Assembly (NCBI GenBank): GCA_964016885.1
Contig: OZ024740.1
Location: forward strand, 430,404,001 to 430,468,000
From: Eledone cirrhosa
Taxonomy: Eukaryota
Length of the DNA stretch: 64,000 nucleotides
Direction of reading: 5' to 3'
A program made the position numbers and the translations under genes. Positions 51,499 through 64,000 of this stretch are shown here, in pieces. How positions within the stretch are numbered: the stretch's first letter is position 1; every line of letters starts with the position of its first letter. The notes beneath the pieces are model-generated. The model saw only the letters and a list, made by a program, of their open reading frames with translations, had not been told where the DNA came from and searched no databases.

Positions 51499-51684
51499 AT
51501 TATCAAGTATGTTTAACGCTGGATTTTCTACAACTTCTACAATTTCAGTTTTCTCTGTATCAGGTTGACGAACATGAGCATAAAGAACTGGATTTTCTTC
51601 AGGGTTTGTCACAAATGTACTGCTCTGTTCCTCTGGCAATGGTCCTTTTTTTTTATTATCTTCTTTATCACTGGTATCCGCCAT
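51499..51684 (-). CDS. CCDC146: CCDC146-like coiled-coil protein, coding exon 1 (MADTSDKEDN...ENPALNILDN)
   Basis: ATG at 51684, 62 codons, donor GTGAGA. An acceptor ttgcag at ~51745 implies an upstream non-coding exon. The acidic N-terminus with P-x-x-YA resembles CCDC146 from memory. Confidence 0.75.
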
Positions 51685-51838
51685 CTTTCAAAATCTAGCT
51701 TAGAAAATCAGGTTTTCCAAAAGAATTTCAGGAAAAAGTTCTGCCTGCAATTAGAGAATATTATTAGTTCGGTAGATTGGCAGTAACGGTAGAGGGTTGG
51801 ACGCCATGCTTTGCAGCACAGTTACGTCCCTTTACGGA

Positions 51839-52237
51839 CTGAGACATTCTCTAACCCCATGTCTGTAATATCAGAGCTGTGATCTCTCAAAATCTGTCTA
51901 GCAATTCTTTCCTGAGACATTCTCTAACCCCATGTCTGTAATATCAGAGCTGTGATCCCTCAAATCTGTCCAGCAATTCTTTCCTGATTTCCTGAGACAT
52001 TCTCTAACTCCATGTCTGTAATATCAGAGCTGTGATCCCTCATATCTGTCCAGCAATTCTTTCCTGAGACATTCTCAAACCCCATGTCTGTAATATCAGA
52101 GCTATGATCTCTCAAATCTGTCCAGCAATTCTTTCCTGATTTCCTGAGACATTCTCTAACCCCATGTCTGTAATATCAGAGCTATGATCTCTCAAATCTG
52201 TCCAGCAATTCTTTCCTGACACATTCTCTAACTACAT
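51839..52237. repeat. 72-80-bp tandem repeat, ~5.5 copies
   Basis: Unit ctgagacattctctaaccccatgtctgtaatatcagagctgtgatc...agcaattctttc. Confidence 0.9.
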
Positions 52238-53466
52238 GTTCATTTTATCAAAACCATAAATAATGAATGTATCATTTATCATTTTTGAGTCACAAAAAAT
52301 AATTTTTTCAAAGAATGTGACACAGCAATCAGAGAAATTATGAAAATTCTGCTCTCTGAGTTCAAATCCCAAGATTAACATTGCCGTTCATCCATTTCGA
52401 GGTCGATAAAAAAAGTACTAGTCTAGTATTGGGATCGATTCTTCCTCTGCATCTCTTTCCCATTTCCATAATCTCACTTTCTCTATCCTTCTCTGGAAGA
52501 AATCTGCTATATTCAGACCTGGAGAGATGGAGTCTGCTAGGTTTAAAATGTCCTATTCCCTTGGGGAATACGAGACCATACATGCACTCTACATTACAAA
52601 CCAGCTCTAAACTGTAAATTATATATTGTTAGTTCAGTTTGAAATACAGGACAATAATGAAGAAGCGGCAATTTGGCTGCTGTTTCTAGCAGGTCAACAC
52701 ACCACACACAGGCTTACTCCTTAATACCACATTGACTGATTTGATCTGATAATATTCAAATCTCGCTGAGGTTAGTTTTGCCTTTCATCCTCATGAGGTT
52801 GATAAAATAAAGTACCAGTCACGCACTAGGTTCAATTTAATTGACTTGCCCTCCCCAAAATTGCTGGCCTTGTGCCTATATCAGAAACCATTATTGATAC
52901 TTATTTCATTGATCCAACGACAAAATCGATCCAAAAGAGGTACAATCTTCAAATATAGAAGACAAAATTAAAATCTGTAACATTTATTTTGATGTCTAAC
53001 TTTATACCAATAATTCTTTCTACTTTAGGCACAGGGCCAGCAAATACCCAGTAAATTACTGGTACTTTATTTTATCGACCCCGTTTCTGATGGAGGGGCA
53101 AGTCAATTAAATCGACCCCAGTGCATTACTGCTACTTTATTATATCGACCCTGTAAGGAGGAAAAGCAGAGCTAACCTAGGCGGGATTTAAACTCAGAAC
53201 GTAAAGGGTCGTATCTCTATGCCGTGAAGCATCGTCTCCGAAGCTCTACTGATACTGACAATCCACAATAATAATAATAATAATAATTGTTTCTACTTTA
53301 GGCACAAGGCCAGCAATTAACCAGTGCATTACTGGTACTTTATTTTATCGACCCCGTAAGGATGAAAGGCAAAGTCAACCTCGGCGGGATTTGAACACAG
53401 GCTGTAAAGGGACGTAACTATATGCTGGAAAGCATGGCGTCCGACCCTCTACCGATACTGCCATAA

Positions 53467-53514
<48 letters not shown>

Positions 53515-53913
53515 AATAAGCTAACGAGAATCATTGCATGGTCGTCTGACCTGCTAAAAATAACAACCAAAACAACAGCCTCTTTAAAAAAAAGAAGAAG
53601 AAAGAAATGCACTAAGGATAATAGTAGCTTTACGTCCGTTTTCCGGGTTAGCATGGGTTTGACATGTCGTTATAGACAAAGTCAATTTTTATTCGGAGTT
53701 ACTTGCCTTCTTAGAGGGTAAGACGTCTCGAAAGTACTAGAACTCCTCCATTACTGAACCCGAAACCAATAATTGTTTCTACTTTAGGCACAAGGCCAGC
53801 AATTACCCAGTGCATTACTGGTACCAATAATACTATTATATCGTGAAAGAACCATCTTAGTCACCTTACAATACACATAAACTATTATATTCCCTTTTCA
53901 TTTATTTATTTAT

Positions 53914-54032
53914 AGTACAGTCTATTATGAAGTGCTATAAAGTTTCGTCGCACTTCTGCATCTGGAATTGTGTCAGTGATCAGGTCACAGAAGTGCGACG
54001 AAACTTTATAGCACTTCATAATAGACTGTACT
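53914..54032. mobile_element. Palindromic element (45-bp perfect arms) with degenerate hammerhead
   Basis: agtacagtctattatgaagtgctataaagtttcgtcgcacttctg and its reverse complement; gtgtca-GTGATCA-g.gtcaca.gaag.tgcgac-GAAA-ctt-TA-tagcac. Confidence 0.6.
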
Positions 54033-54492
54033 GTTAAGAAGTAAAGAAAAACTAAATATAATAGTTTGTATGTGTCTTTTTTTAATGGCTAAAATGTCTG
54101 TTCAATGTTAGAATTGTTTGTGATAAAGTTACTTGTCAAACAAGTAAAACCCGAAATATATCGATATATCAATAACAATATAGAAATACTGATAACAATA
54201 TCAATAAGATCGATATATAAATAATAAAGCTATATACATGAGAATCACATTAATAAATACATCAATATATCGATAATGATATTAATCAATAAAAAATAAA
54301 CAAACCTAATAATTTAGTTATTTATGCACAGGAAAACCGATCCGTACAAATTGATAACCTGACAACAAATAAAACATTTTTATATCAATTATAGAAAGTA
54401 ACGATACTTATTGTTAAGTTGCATTGTAGCTTTGTCTCTTGAGGAAACTACATCGTCCTACAATTGATTATTATATAAAAGTTAATGACATT

Positions 54493-54536
54493 ACAGCCAT
54501 AGCAACTGTTGCCATAACAATTTGTTACTAAGAAAC
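54493..54536. promoter_or_regulatory. Cluster of three RFX X-box-like motifs
   Basis: acagccatagcaac (54493-54506), gttgccataacaat (54508-54521) and gttactaagaaac (54524-54536) resemble GTTGCCATGGCAAC; they lie upstream of a cilia/flagella gene. Confidence 0.65.
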
Positions 54537-54910
54537 TATGTTTGACTGTCGCTAAATTTTTACTAACTATAAAAAAAAAGCAACGAACATTCGTTAAATA
54601 AAAGAAAGAAGTTTTAATTTTTTTAATTGATATTACATACAGTATATTATTTTAAAATTTATTCAATGCTCATAAATGTTTTTACATCAAACCGTGTTTT
54701 TTTCTTTTTGTGTTAAATATTGATATTGTAACTATATAAAGTAAATGACATTTGGTTTAATATAAATATGTATATCTTCTCACAAACTTGATATTTATTG
54801 TTATTCTGTTGTTATTATTAATTTTATTTTTGTATTTAATGATATTTAAATATTTGAAACGAAAAACAAAACAAAACTCTGTCAACGAGTGTTGAACGAC
54901 ATTATCACAA

Positions 54911-54975
54911 CTCGGTTTATGGCAAAACATGGTTTACTACAAAACACGGTTTACGGCAAACGTGGACGCCATTTT
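54911..54975 (+). promoter_or_regulatory. RUVBL1 proximal promoter: three 17-bp imperfect repeats and a YY1-like CGCCATTTT
   Basis: ctcggtttatggcaaaa / catggtttactacaaaa / cacggtttacggcaaac, then cgccatttt at 54967-54975, about 65 bp upstream of the ATG. Confidence 0.5.
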
Positions 54976-55006
54976 CAACAAGGCAGAAGCGACATAACAG
55001 AATTAA

Positions 55007-55231
<225 letters not shown>

Positions 55232-55376
55232 TGATTTATTCTTTCAGTTTCTTCTGTTTTCTATCATCAGATTTAATTATTTAATTCGTAATGTATATTT
55301 TGTAGTATCATTGAGAATGGAGCTTGACACGAAAATATTTTAGTTTTTAACGGATTTATTTCGCATGATGCACTTA

Positions 55377-55421
<45 letters not shown>

Positions 55422-58400
55422 CTATTATTAAGACTAAATCGTGGGTCTTGTTACTCTGGAGTTTCGCCTGAGTAACAACACCTACTATTTAAGCTTAATA
55501 AAAGTCGTCAACGACGTACGGATATATATATATACATACACACACAGACACGGGGGACATACCCTAACTTAACACACACACGAGGGACATAACTTAACAC
55601 ACACACGTATTTATATATATATATATACATACATACACACATACGAGGGACAGGCCCCCGAACTCAAGGAAATCCGTTAATCTCAGGAGTTATTTTAGTT
55701 TTCTTATTTCCATCTCTGTCAAACATTCTCCAACAAAAACAAGATGTAACATGCATGAAGGAAATAAAACTGTCGTGTTTCCCATATTTTAGATTTCATT
55801 CCTAATGTAGATTTTTATTACATAAATATAAAGCTTGTTAAGGAATAACCGTGATATATAATTGTATTTATTTGAACGGAAATTTATGGTTTTTACCCAA
55901 ATTAAAAAAAGAAATCAATTTCAACCCCTCCCCGGAGAAAACTGGGAAATATGAAAGTTACGATGGGGTGGGTTAGGGGTAAACATTGAAATCAGATTAT
56001 TCTAGTCTGTTTAAGGACCCTCCCCCAGTTTTACAATATCCAATGTGTCCTTCTTTGTTTAAGATACTAGGATGTGATTCAAGAGAGATTTAGCTGCTAT
56101 TTCTAACAGGTGAACCACATTAATGTATGTGGTTCTATAGTATATATTTCTAGTAAGTTCTTGTACAGCTTCTATTTGTTTAAGACGCAGAAGATGTATG
56201 AAGTATGGAGCTAAACAAAGTATAAAGACTTTTAGATAATTTTTACAATAATCCCATCTGCCTCGTGTTGTAGGTGAAGTTTTTGTTTTTAATGGTTTCG
56301 GTGTGTTTAGAATATCAGAAATGATTCGTTTTACAGTTACGAAGGGGGAAGACATCCTTGGAGTTTCATTTAAAACTAAACATGTCTCCCTTTCCATGCT
56401 GTCATGGATTGTTACGGACAGTCCAAGTTAATTCAGAATTATAGTGTCCTAGACAGACCAGGGAAACTGTTCTAATTTTGGCACGGTTTCTATGGCTGGA
56501 TGTCCGTTCCAATTTTACCATTTAACAGTGTACTGGATGTATTTTATCGTGACAGCAACACCATTGCCAGATTTAATAACATATATGTAATAAACAACAA
56601 TAGTTTTATTTTAACCCTTTCATTACTATATTTGTAATGGAAAATACTGTCTGTGATTTTTCAAAAAACGTTTCATATAATCAAAAATTTGGAGGGATTT
56701 AGTAATAACAGTAAATAAGGAAATAGGAGCACCAGACCCCCTAAATCTAAACATAGATATACCTAGAACAAACACCAAGTAATCACTGAATGTCCCTATA
56801 TGTAAATAATTGTTCCTACTTTTGGCACAACGCCAGCAATTACCCCAGTGCATTACTGGTACTAAGGATGAATGGCAAAGTTAACCTCGGCGGGATTATA
56901 TGTAAATAATACACTCTGAAAACAAATCCAACAATAAATAAATCACCCAGGGAATAAGACCATTGAATACCAAACTTGTAATTAATACACTCATTAAAAC
57001 AAAACTAATTACAAACTAAATGTCTATACTAGATCCAAGACATCCTCCATAATTCCTACCACAGACATCATCTATATTTCCTGACTTATACTTCATAAAC
57101 CCAACCACCAACCTGCTCTAAATACTAGTCTGAGGAAACTATACTAGATCCAAGACATCCTCCATAATTCCTACCTCAGACTTCATCTATGTTTCCTGAT
57201 TTATACTCAGTAAACCCAACCACCAACCTGCTCTAAATATCAGTCTGGGAGTAACAGACTTTTCCAAGCTGCAACTGTCATATTACATAGTTTCTATATA
57301 AGAATAAATATATATTATCTGCAGCAACTACGACCCCAATAAGCTACACCAACCAGACCCATTTATTAAAAAACACTAGACCGTTATCCCACCTAACAAA
57401 CCAAAATCTCTATAATCACCATTAGTCCACCCCAACCCCTTGATCCCTTTGAAATTGCAAATACTTATTAAAAGCAAAAACTTTTAAAAAAACTTCATAT
57501 GAAAGTGAAATCCAGAAAAGGTGTGAAAAGCAAGGAAACTGGAATCAACCTCTGTTGGTTTTGACAGTTGTTCAATCAATGGAACAGCCTGCTCCTCATG
57601 AAATTAATATATAAGTGCCTGAGTATTCCACAGATACGTGTACCTTAACGTAATTTTGATGGAGAATCAGTATGATACAGTGAATGAGAAGGCTGACCGT
57701 TTGAATTACAGGTACAGTCCATCTAGCGGACCTCCAAACGGGTTCCATCTACCCAGTTTCATTCACAAGGCATGGGTTGACCCAAGGCTGTGGTTAATGC
57801 AACTGGCCCAAGATGCTACACACAGGATTGAACCCAAGACCTTATGATTGTAGAGTGAACTCTTTAACCATTTGGTTATGCTCCCTCCACCATATATATC
57901 TGACTTTCCCATTATTAAGTTGATGTTTGGAACATAACAAAAATTCTTGCATAAAATTATGGTGGATGTAAACATGAATTCCTTTGTATCATAAAACAAG
58001 AGTGGTTCGGTGTTAAAAGGACTCAATGTGTCCATAAGAAATGAAAATGGTGACCGTAAGTCTTTAATAAATCCATTTTAGATTATAGAAAACTAGTAAT
58101 ATGTGAGAGAGTACCACAAGACATTGAGTTAGGTGTATGGACCTGATAGATCTGGTCTTAGTAGATGGAGAGAAGATGAATGTGGCTTTATGCAGATTGT
58201 TAGAGTGAAGTCCATTAAATACATATGTACTGGTTGAATACATTGAATATGTAGTGGTGTGATGGGGTTATTACATAATGAAGCAGCTAAATTGTGGGGG
58301 GAATAGCTACAGATGGAAAGGATGTTGGGAATGGTGTGAAGATGGAAGGTGTGAACACCTTTTCTTGTATAGAAGACATCTTGAATGGAGAAAGTGAATC

Positions 58401-59488
58401 AAAGTCTGTGACAGTATCTAGAATGAGATGTACATGGAAGAAGTTTGAGGAATTGAGTAGCGAGCTAATGAGAAGAGGGGTATTGCTGAAACTGAGACAA
58501 AGAATAACAGTGGATGATGGTAATCAGAGATAAATGTTATGAAGAGAAATAGAATGAGATGGTTGAGTCATGTGTTGAAGAAGGATTAAAGTGACCAGTT
58601 GAGAGGATTGATTGAAATTAATGTGGAGGGAAGTAGAGGAAGACCAAGAAAGTCACAGCTAAAGATGATGGAAATGAAAGCCAGGTGGATTGTGAAGGAA
58701 GAATGATGACAATAGGGTAATAGAGAATCTTGTCGTGGGGTCCACAAGATTAACCCTTCCTTTAGCAGACTGGCCGTATTTGGTCAGAATTCTCTCACCT
58801 CTTTCTGTTCAAACTGACCATAACCAGCTGCTCATACTTTTAAAGTATTGCTCTCAAAATAAATAACATCAAAATCTCGTAGATTCGATATTATGTGAGA
58901 TAAAGTATTTACTGTGAAAATACAATAGTAAATATAGAGTAATGTAAATACTAAAGGGTTGAAATGCTTGTTATTGTTGTACGATAGCTAAACCATGGAA
59001 AGATCCTTTGGACAGTCTCTTATTGGTGGTTACATACTCTATAAATTTTTTTTTTTTTTCATCATTTTACGTCCGCTTTTCCCTGCTTGCAAGGGTGGGA
59101 CGGGAACTGATTCTGGCTTGATTTTCTACAGCTGGTTGCCGTTCCTAACACCAACCTCATTTACAGTGAGTGCTGGGTGCTTTTTTGCCGTGGCACCTCC
59201 ACGACCACTTTGGAGTGGAATGATATGGACCTCAGTCCCCATCATCTCATTTCTACAGCTGAGTAAACTGGAGCAACGTGAAATAAAGTGTATTGCTCAA
59301 GGAAACAACACATCACCCGGTCTGAGAATTGAACTCACAACCTTTTGATTGCAAGGCCAATGCTCTAACCACTAAGCCATGTGGCTCCATTAATAAATAA
59401 ATTCTGAATAATGTTTATGTAAGTTAAAATAGCATCATTAAATTAAACAATGTAAGTTTTTAACATTGTGATGGCTTTATTTTTGTAG

Positions 59489-59578
<90 letters not shown>

Positions 59579-60372
59579 TGAAATCAACACCTATTTTCCA
59601 CACTAGCATGGGTTAGACAGGCTGTCGCATTATAAGGCAAATCAGGTCAGGTGACCATGTCTTGCTCATACAGAAATGTTTCTGGCTTGGTACCTACAGC
59701 AGGAAGCCCTTCCTAACACCAACTACATTTACAGAGTGGAATCGGGTGCTTTTTATCATAGCACCAAAATGACCATCTAACTATCCAGACTGGGTGCTTT
59801 TTCATTGTGGTACCAACATGCATTTTTGTCATGTCACCAGCACAACCACCATTTCAGAGTGGACTAGGTACTCTTTGTCATGTCATCAGCACAACTACCA
59901 TTTCGGGGTAGGCTGGTTGCTTTTTGTCGTGTCACCAGCACGACCTTACAGAGTGGGCTGAGTGCTTTTTGTCATGTCACCGGCAGAACCACCTTACTGG
60001 ATTGTCTAAGTGCTTTTTGTTGTGGCTGTACAACTGTGGGAGAACAGAAAATATACATGTGACCATATCCAAAATTATATAGTGTTGGCATCATGAAGGG
60101 CATCAGGCTATAAAATTCTGCCAGTATATGGCTCAACCTACATGAAAAGCAAGCAGAAAACTGATGATGTATATATATATATATAGTAAAAATCAAAAAA
60201 CTGTATCAGAGAAACAGCACAGACAGAAAGGGTATATTAGTATAATATACAGTTAGAAAAGTGTCTTAACGTTTCAGACACTAGTCCTTCATTAAAAGAT
60301 AGTTTCAGGGAAAAGATAGGATATTTTAGAGAGAGATAAGAGAAAGTAATAAAATGAACATGTGTAGTGTCG

Positions 60373-60960
60373 GCCATCTTTACATATATATATGATCACA
60401 TTCTCCCCTCAACTTGTTATTACTTGTCAGCCATCTTTACATATATATATATGATCACATCTCCCCTCAACTTGTAATTACTTGTCAGCCATCTTTATAT
60501 ACATATATGATCACATCTCCCCTCAACTTGTAATTACTTGTCAGCCATCTTTATATACATATATGATCACATCTCCCCTCAACTTGTTATTACTTGTCAG
60601 CCATCTTTACATATATATATGATCACATCTCCCCTCCACTTGTTATTACTTGTCAGCCATCTTTACATATATATATGATCACATCTCCCCTCAACTTGTT
60701 ATTACTTGTCAGCTATCTTTACATATATATATATGATCACATCTCCCCTCAACTTGTAATTACTTGTCAGCCATCTTTACATATATATATATATATATGA
60801 TCACATCTCCCCTCAACTTGTAATTACTTGTCAGCCATCTTTACATATATATATGATCACATTCTCCCCTCAACTTGTAATTACTTGTCAGCCATCTTTA
60901 CATATATATATATGATCACATCTCCCCTCAACTTGTAATTACTTGTCAGCTATCTTTACA
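60373..60960. repeat. ~56-64-bp minisatellite, ~10 copies
   Basis: Unit gccatctttacat(at)ngatcacatctcccctcaacttgtaattacttgtca. Confidence 0.92.
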
Positions 60961-62049
60961 TGTCCCAAATGCAAAGTATGGGTGCATAAAAGATGTGGGA
61001 TCACAGGTAAGCTAACTAAGAATATAGATTTTATATGTGCCCGGTGCTCTGGTGCAATAAGTAGCAGCAAGTGCCCACAGAATACTAGCTCATTCCATTG
61101 CACAGATGGTACTATGGAAATAGTGGACACCTTCCATTACCTGGGTGACAAAATCAGCAGTGGGGGAGGGTGCTCTGAAAGTACAGTAGCTAGAGTCAGA
61201 ACTGCATGGAAAAAGTTCAGAGAGTTTATACCACTATTGGCCGCTAAAGGGTTCTCTCTAAAAATGAAAGGCAGGCTGTATGATGCCTGCATACGAATAG
61301 CAATGTTGCATGGCAGTGAGACCTGGGCATTGTGTGCAGAGGATATACGCAGACTGGAGAGAAACAAAGTTTGCATGCTCCGCTGGATGTGTAATAGTAA
61401 TATACGTGAACGGCAAAGCATAAACGAACTAAGGGAGAAATTAAGAATAAGAGGGATCAGATGTTGTTTACTCGAGAGAAGACTACGTTGGTATAGTCAC
61501 GTGATGCGCATGAAAGACGACAGCTGTATAAAAAAGTGCAGGGCAATAAAAATAGACGGAAGTCACGGAGTAGGCAGACCCAGAAAAACCTGGGACGACT
61601 TGATAAATTCCGACCTCACACACTTACACCTCTCCAAGACAATGTCACTGGACCGAGATCTTTGGCGCTACACAGTCATGCAGAAAACCCGCCTTGCCTA
61701 AGTACAAAGCGAAACCTACAGTCAGTAGGCACCTCTACCAAAATACACCCGCGTCCCACTATCCCCCCCCCCCCCCCCCCCTAAATGTGAAGTTATGTTG
61801 GTACCAAAACATCCAGTCCGAAACAAATGAGGTCGTGTAGGTGTCACGACAAAAAAACACAGTCCACGCTGTAATGTGGCCGTGTAGGTAACGCGGTAAA
61901 AACCTCCCAGTCCACACTGTAAACGTGGTTGGTGTTAGGAAGGGCATCTAGCCGTAGAAAACCCGCCAGACAGTCCTATGCGAGCAAGACAACCAATCTC
62001 GCCTCAAGTGGGAAACCTCCCGTCCAAACCCATGCAAGCGTGGAAGATG
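60961..62049 (+). mobile_element. 5'-truncated RTE LINE with Cys/His-rich domain
   Basis: CPKCKVWVHKRC..CARC, FHYLG, MLHGSETW, RRLRWYSHV (ORF 60943..61701). Confidence 0.92.
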
Positions 62050-64000
62050 TGGAACTGGGAGGTTTTTACTGTGTTACCTACACGGCCACATTACAGCGTG
62101 GGTGTGTTTTTTTGTCGTGACACCTACACGACCTCATTTGTTTCAGGCTGGATGTTGTGGTACCAACATAACTTTACATTGAAAGGGGTGGGGGTGGTGG
62201 GACGGGGGTGTATTTTGTTAGAGGTGCCTACTGACTGTAGTAGGTTTCACTTTGTACTTAGGTAAGGCGGGTCTTCTCTATTACTCTGTAGCGCCAAAGG
62301 TCTCGGTCCAGTGACATTGTCTTGGAGAGGTGTAAGTGTGTGAGGTCGGAATTTATCAAGTCGTCCCAGGTTTTTCTGGGTCTGCCTACTCCGTGACTTC
62401 CGTCTATTTTTATTGCCCTGCACTTTTTTATACAGCTGTCGTCTTTCATGCGCATCACGTGACCATACCAACGTAGTCTTCTCTCGAGTAAACAACATCT
62501 GATCCCTCTTATTTCTAATTTTTCCCTTAGTTCGTTTCTGCTTTGCCGTTCACGTATATTACTATTGCACATCCAGTGGAGCATGCAAGCTTCGTTCCTC
62601 TCCAGTCTGCATATATCCTCTGCACACAATGCCCAGGTCTCACTGCCATGCAACATTGCTGTTCGTATGCAGGCATCATACAGCCTGCCTTTCATTTTTA
62701 GGGAGAACCCTTTAGCGGCTAATAGTGGTATAAGCTCTCTGAACTTTTTCCATCCAGTTCTGACTCTAGCTACTGTACTTTCAGAGCACCCTCCCCCACT
62801 GCTGATTTTGTCACCCAGGTAATGGAAGCTGTCCACTATTTCTATAGAACCATCTGTGCAATGGAATGAGCTAGTATTCTGTGGGCACGTGCTGCTACTT
62901 ATTGCACCAGAGCACCGGCCACATATAAAATCTATGTTCTTAGTTAGCTTACCTGTGATTCCACTACATTTTTTATGCACCCATACTTTGCATTTGGGAC
63001 ATAAAATGGAGTTTCTACCTACTCCATTCCTACACACTGAGCATGGCCATTTCCAGGATGGGACCGGCGCCCTATTTTCTTTCCTACAAACTAGAACTTT
63101 AGTCTTAGACAGGTTAATTTTAAGGCCTTTTGATTCTAGGCCATGCTTCCATGTTTGGAATTTCTTCTCTAGTTCGGCCATTGATTCAGCTATGAGCGTT
63201 AGATCATCTGCGTATAGGAGTTCCCATGAGCAGCCGGTCTTGAACTCCACTGTTATAGCCTGAAGGACAATAATAAATAGTAGAGGGCTAAGAATGGAGC
63301 CCTGATGAACACCAACTTTTACGCTAAACTCTTCACTATATTCGTTGTTAATTCTAACCTTACTGACTGTTTCTCTATACATGGCTTGTATAGCTCTCAC
63401 AAGCCATTCATCAACACCTAGTTTTCTAAGAGCCCACTAGATAATGGAACGGGGGACTCTGTCGAAGGCTTTCTCCAAGTCGACAAAAGCTAAGTATAGG
63501 GGTTTACTTTTAGCTAGGTACTTCTCCTGTAGTTGTCGTACAATGAAAAGAGCCTCTGTGGTACTTTTACCTGACACAAACCCGAACTGCATTTCATCTA
63601 GATCAATTCGCTCTCTGATTAGTTGCGCTATTACTTTTTCTGTGACCTTCATGACCTGGTCGATTAATTTAATGCCTCTATAGTTACTCCTATCTAGGGC
63701 ATCTCCTTTACCCTTGTAGGAGTTAATGATGATGCTGCTACACCAGTCCTTCGGAACAACCCCATTCTGTATGACTTGGTTTACTATCCAGGTGACCATG
63801 GTGTGTCCCACTGTTCCAGAAGCTTTCAGCATTTCAGCAACTATTTCCAACGGCCCAGCCGCCTTACCTGTCTTCATATCTTTTATTGCCTTACTTATTA
63901 TACTACCTTCGACTAACACTGCTGGTCCCTCTATTGGGTCGATGTGGAGGAGACTGTCTTTCTCCCATTTATTCTCCTCATTTAGTAGCCTTTAGTAGTG
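62050..64000 (-). mobile_element. RTE LINE RT region (one in-frame stop at 63437), runs off the window
   Basis: NYRGIKL, QFGF, FVDLEKAFDRVP, GVHQGSILSP, YADD, PHD-like Cys cluster. Confidence 0.95.

Noticed and set aside
57025-57250. ~115-bp direct duplication within a decayed A/C-rich segment
   Set aside because: Probably an old LINE fragment; no diagnostic motif recognised.

Overview
Eukaryotic, AT-rich, repeat-dense genomic DNA; the repeat content (tRNA-derived SINEs with a Meta-type core, RTE LINEs with (ATC)n tails, CR1-group LINEs) suggests a cephalopod, probably Octopus (inference). Two genes sit head to head. On the minus strand I reconstructed 16 phase-consistent GT-AG coding exons (ATG at 51684 down to 2520; 2310 nt = 770 codons, continuing off the left edge) of a long coiled-coil protein that matches my recollection of CCDC146. 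On the plus strand are the first two coding exons of RUVBL1/pontin (55040-55180, 59489-59575). A cluster of RFX X-box-like motifs lies between them. The introns hold a Tx1-like LINE, three CR1-group LINEs, several RTE LINEs, a CRE-clade fragment, a Helitron, a Tc1/mariner relic, piggyBac-like MITEs, an LTR-like element, SINEs, minisatellites and two large satellites. The most notable unannotated signal is a set of about ten type I hammerhead-ribozyme motifs, one near-canonical (1960-2021), most inside short fold-back elements and one pair flanking a Penelope GIY-YIG remnant. All identifications were made by eye, with no database searches.
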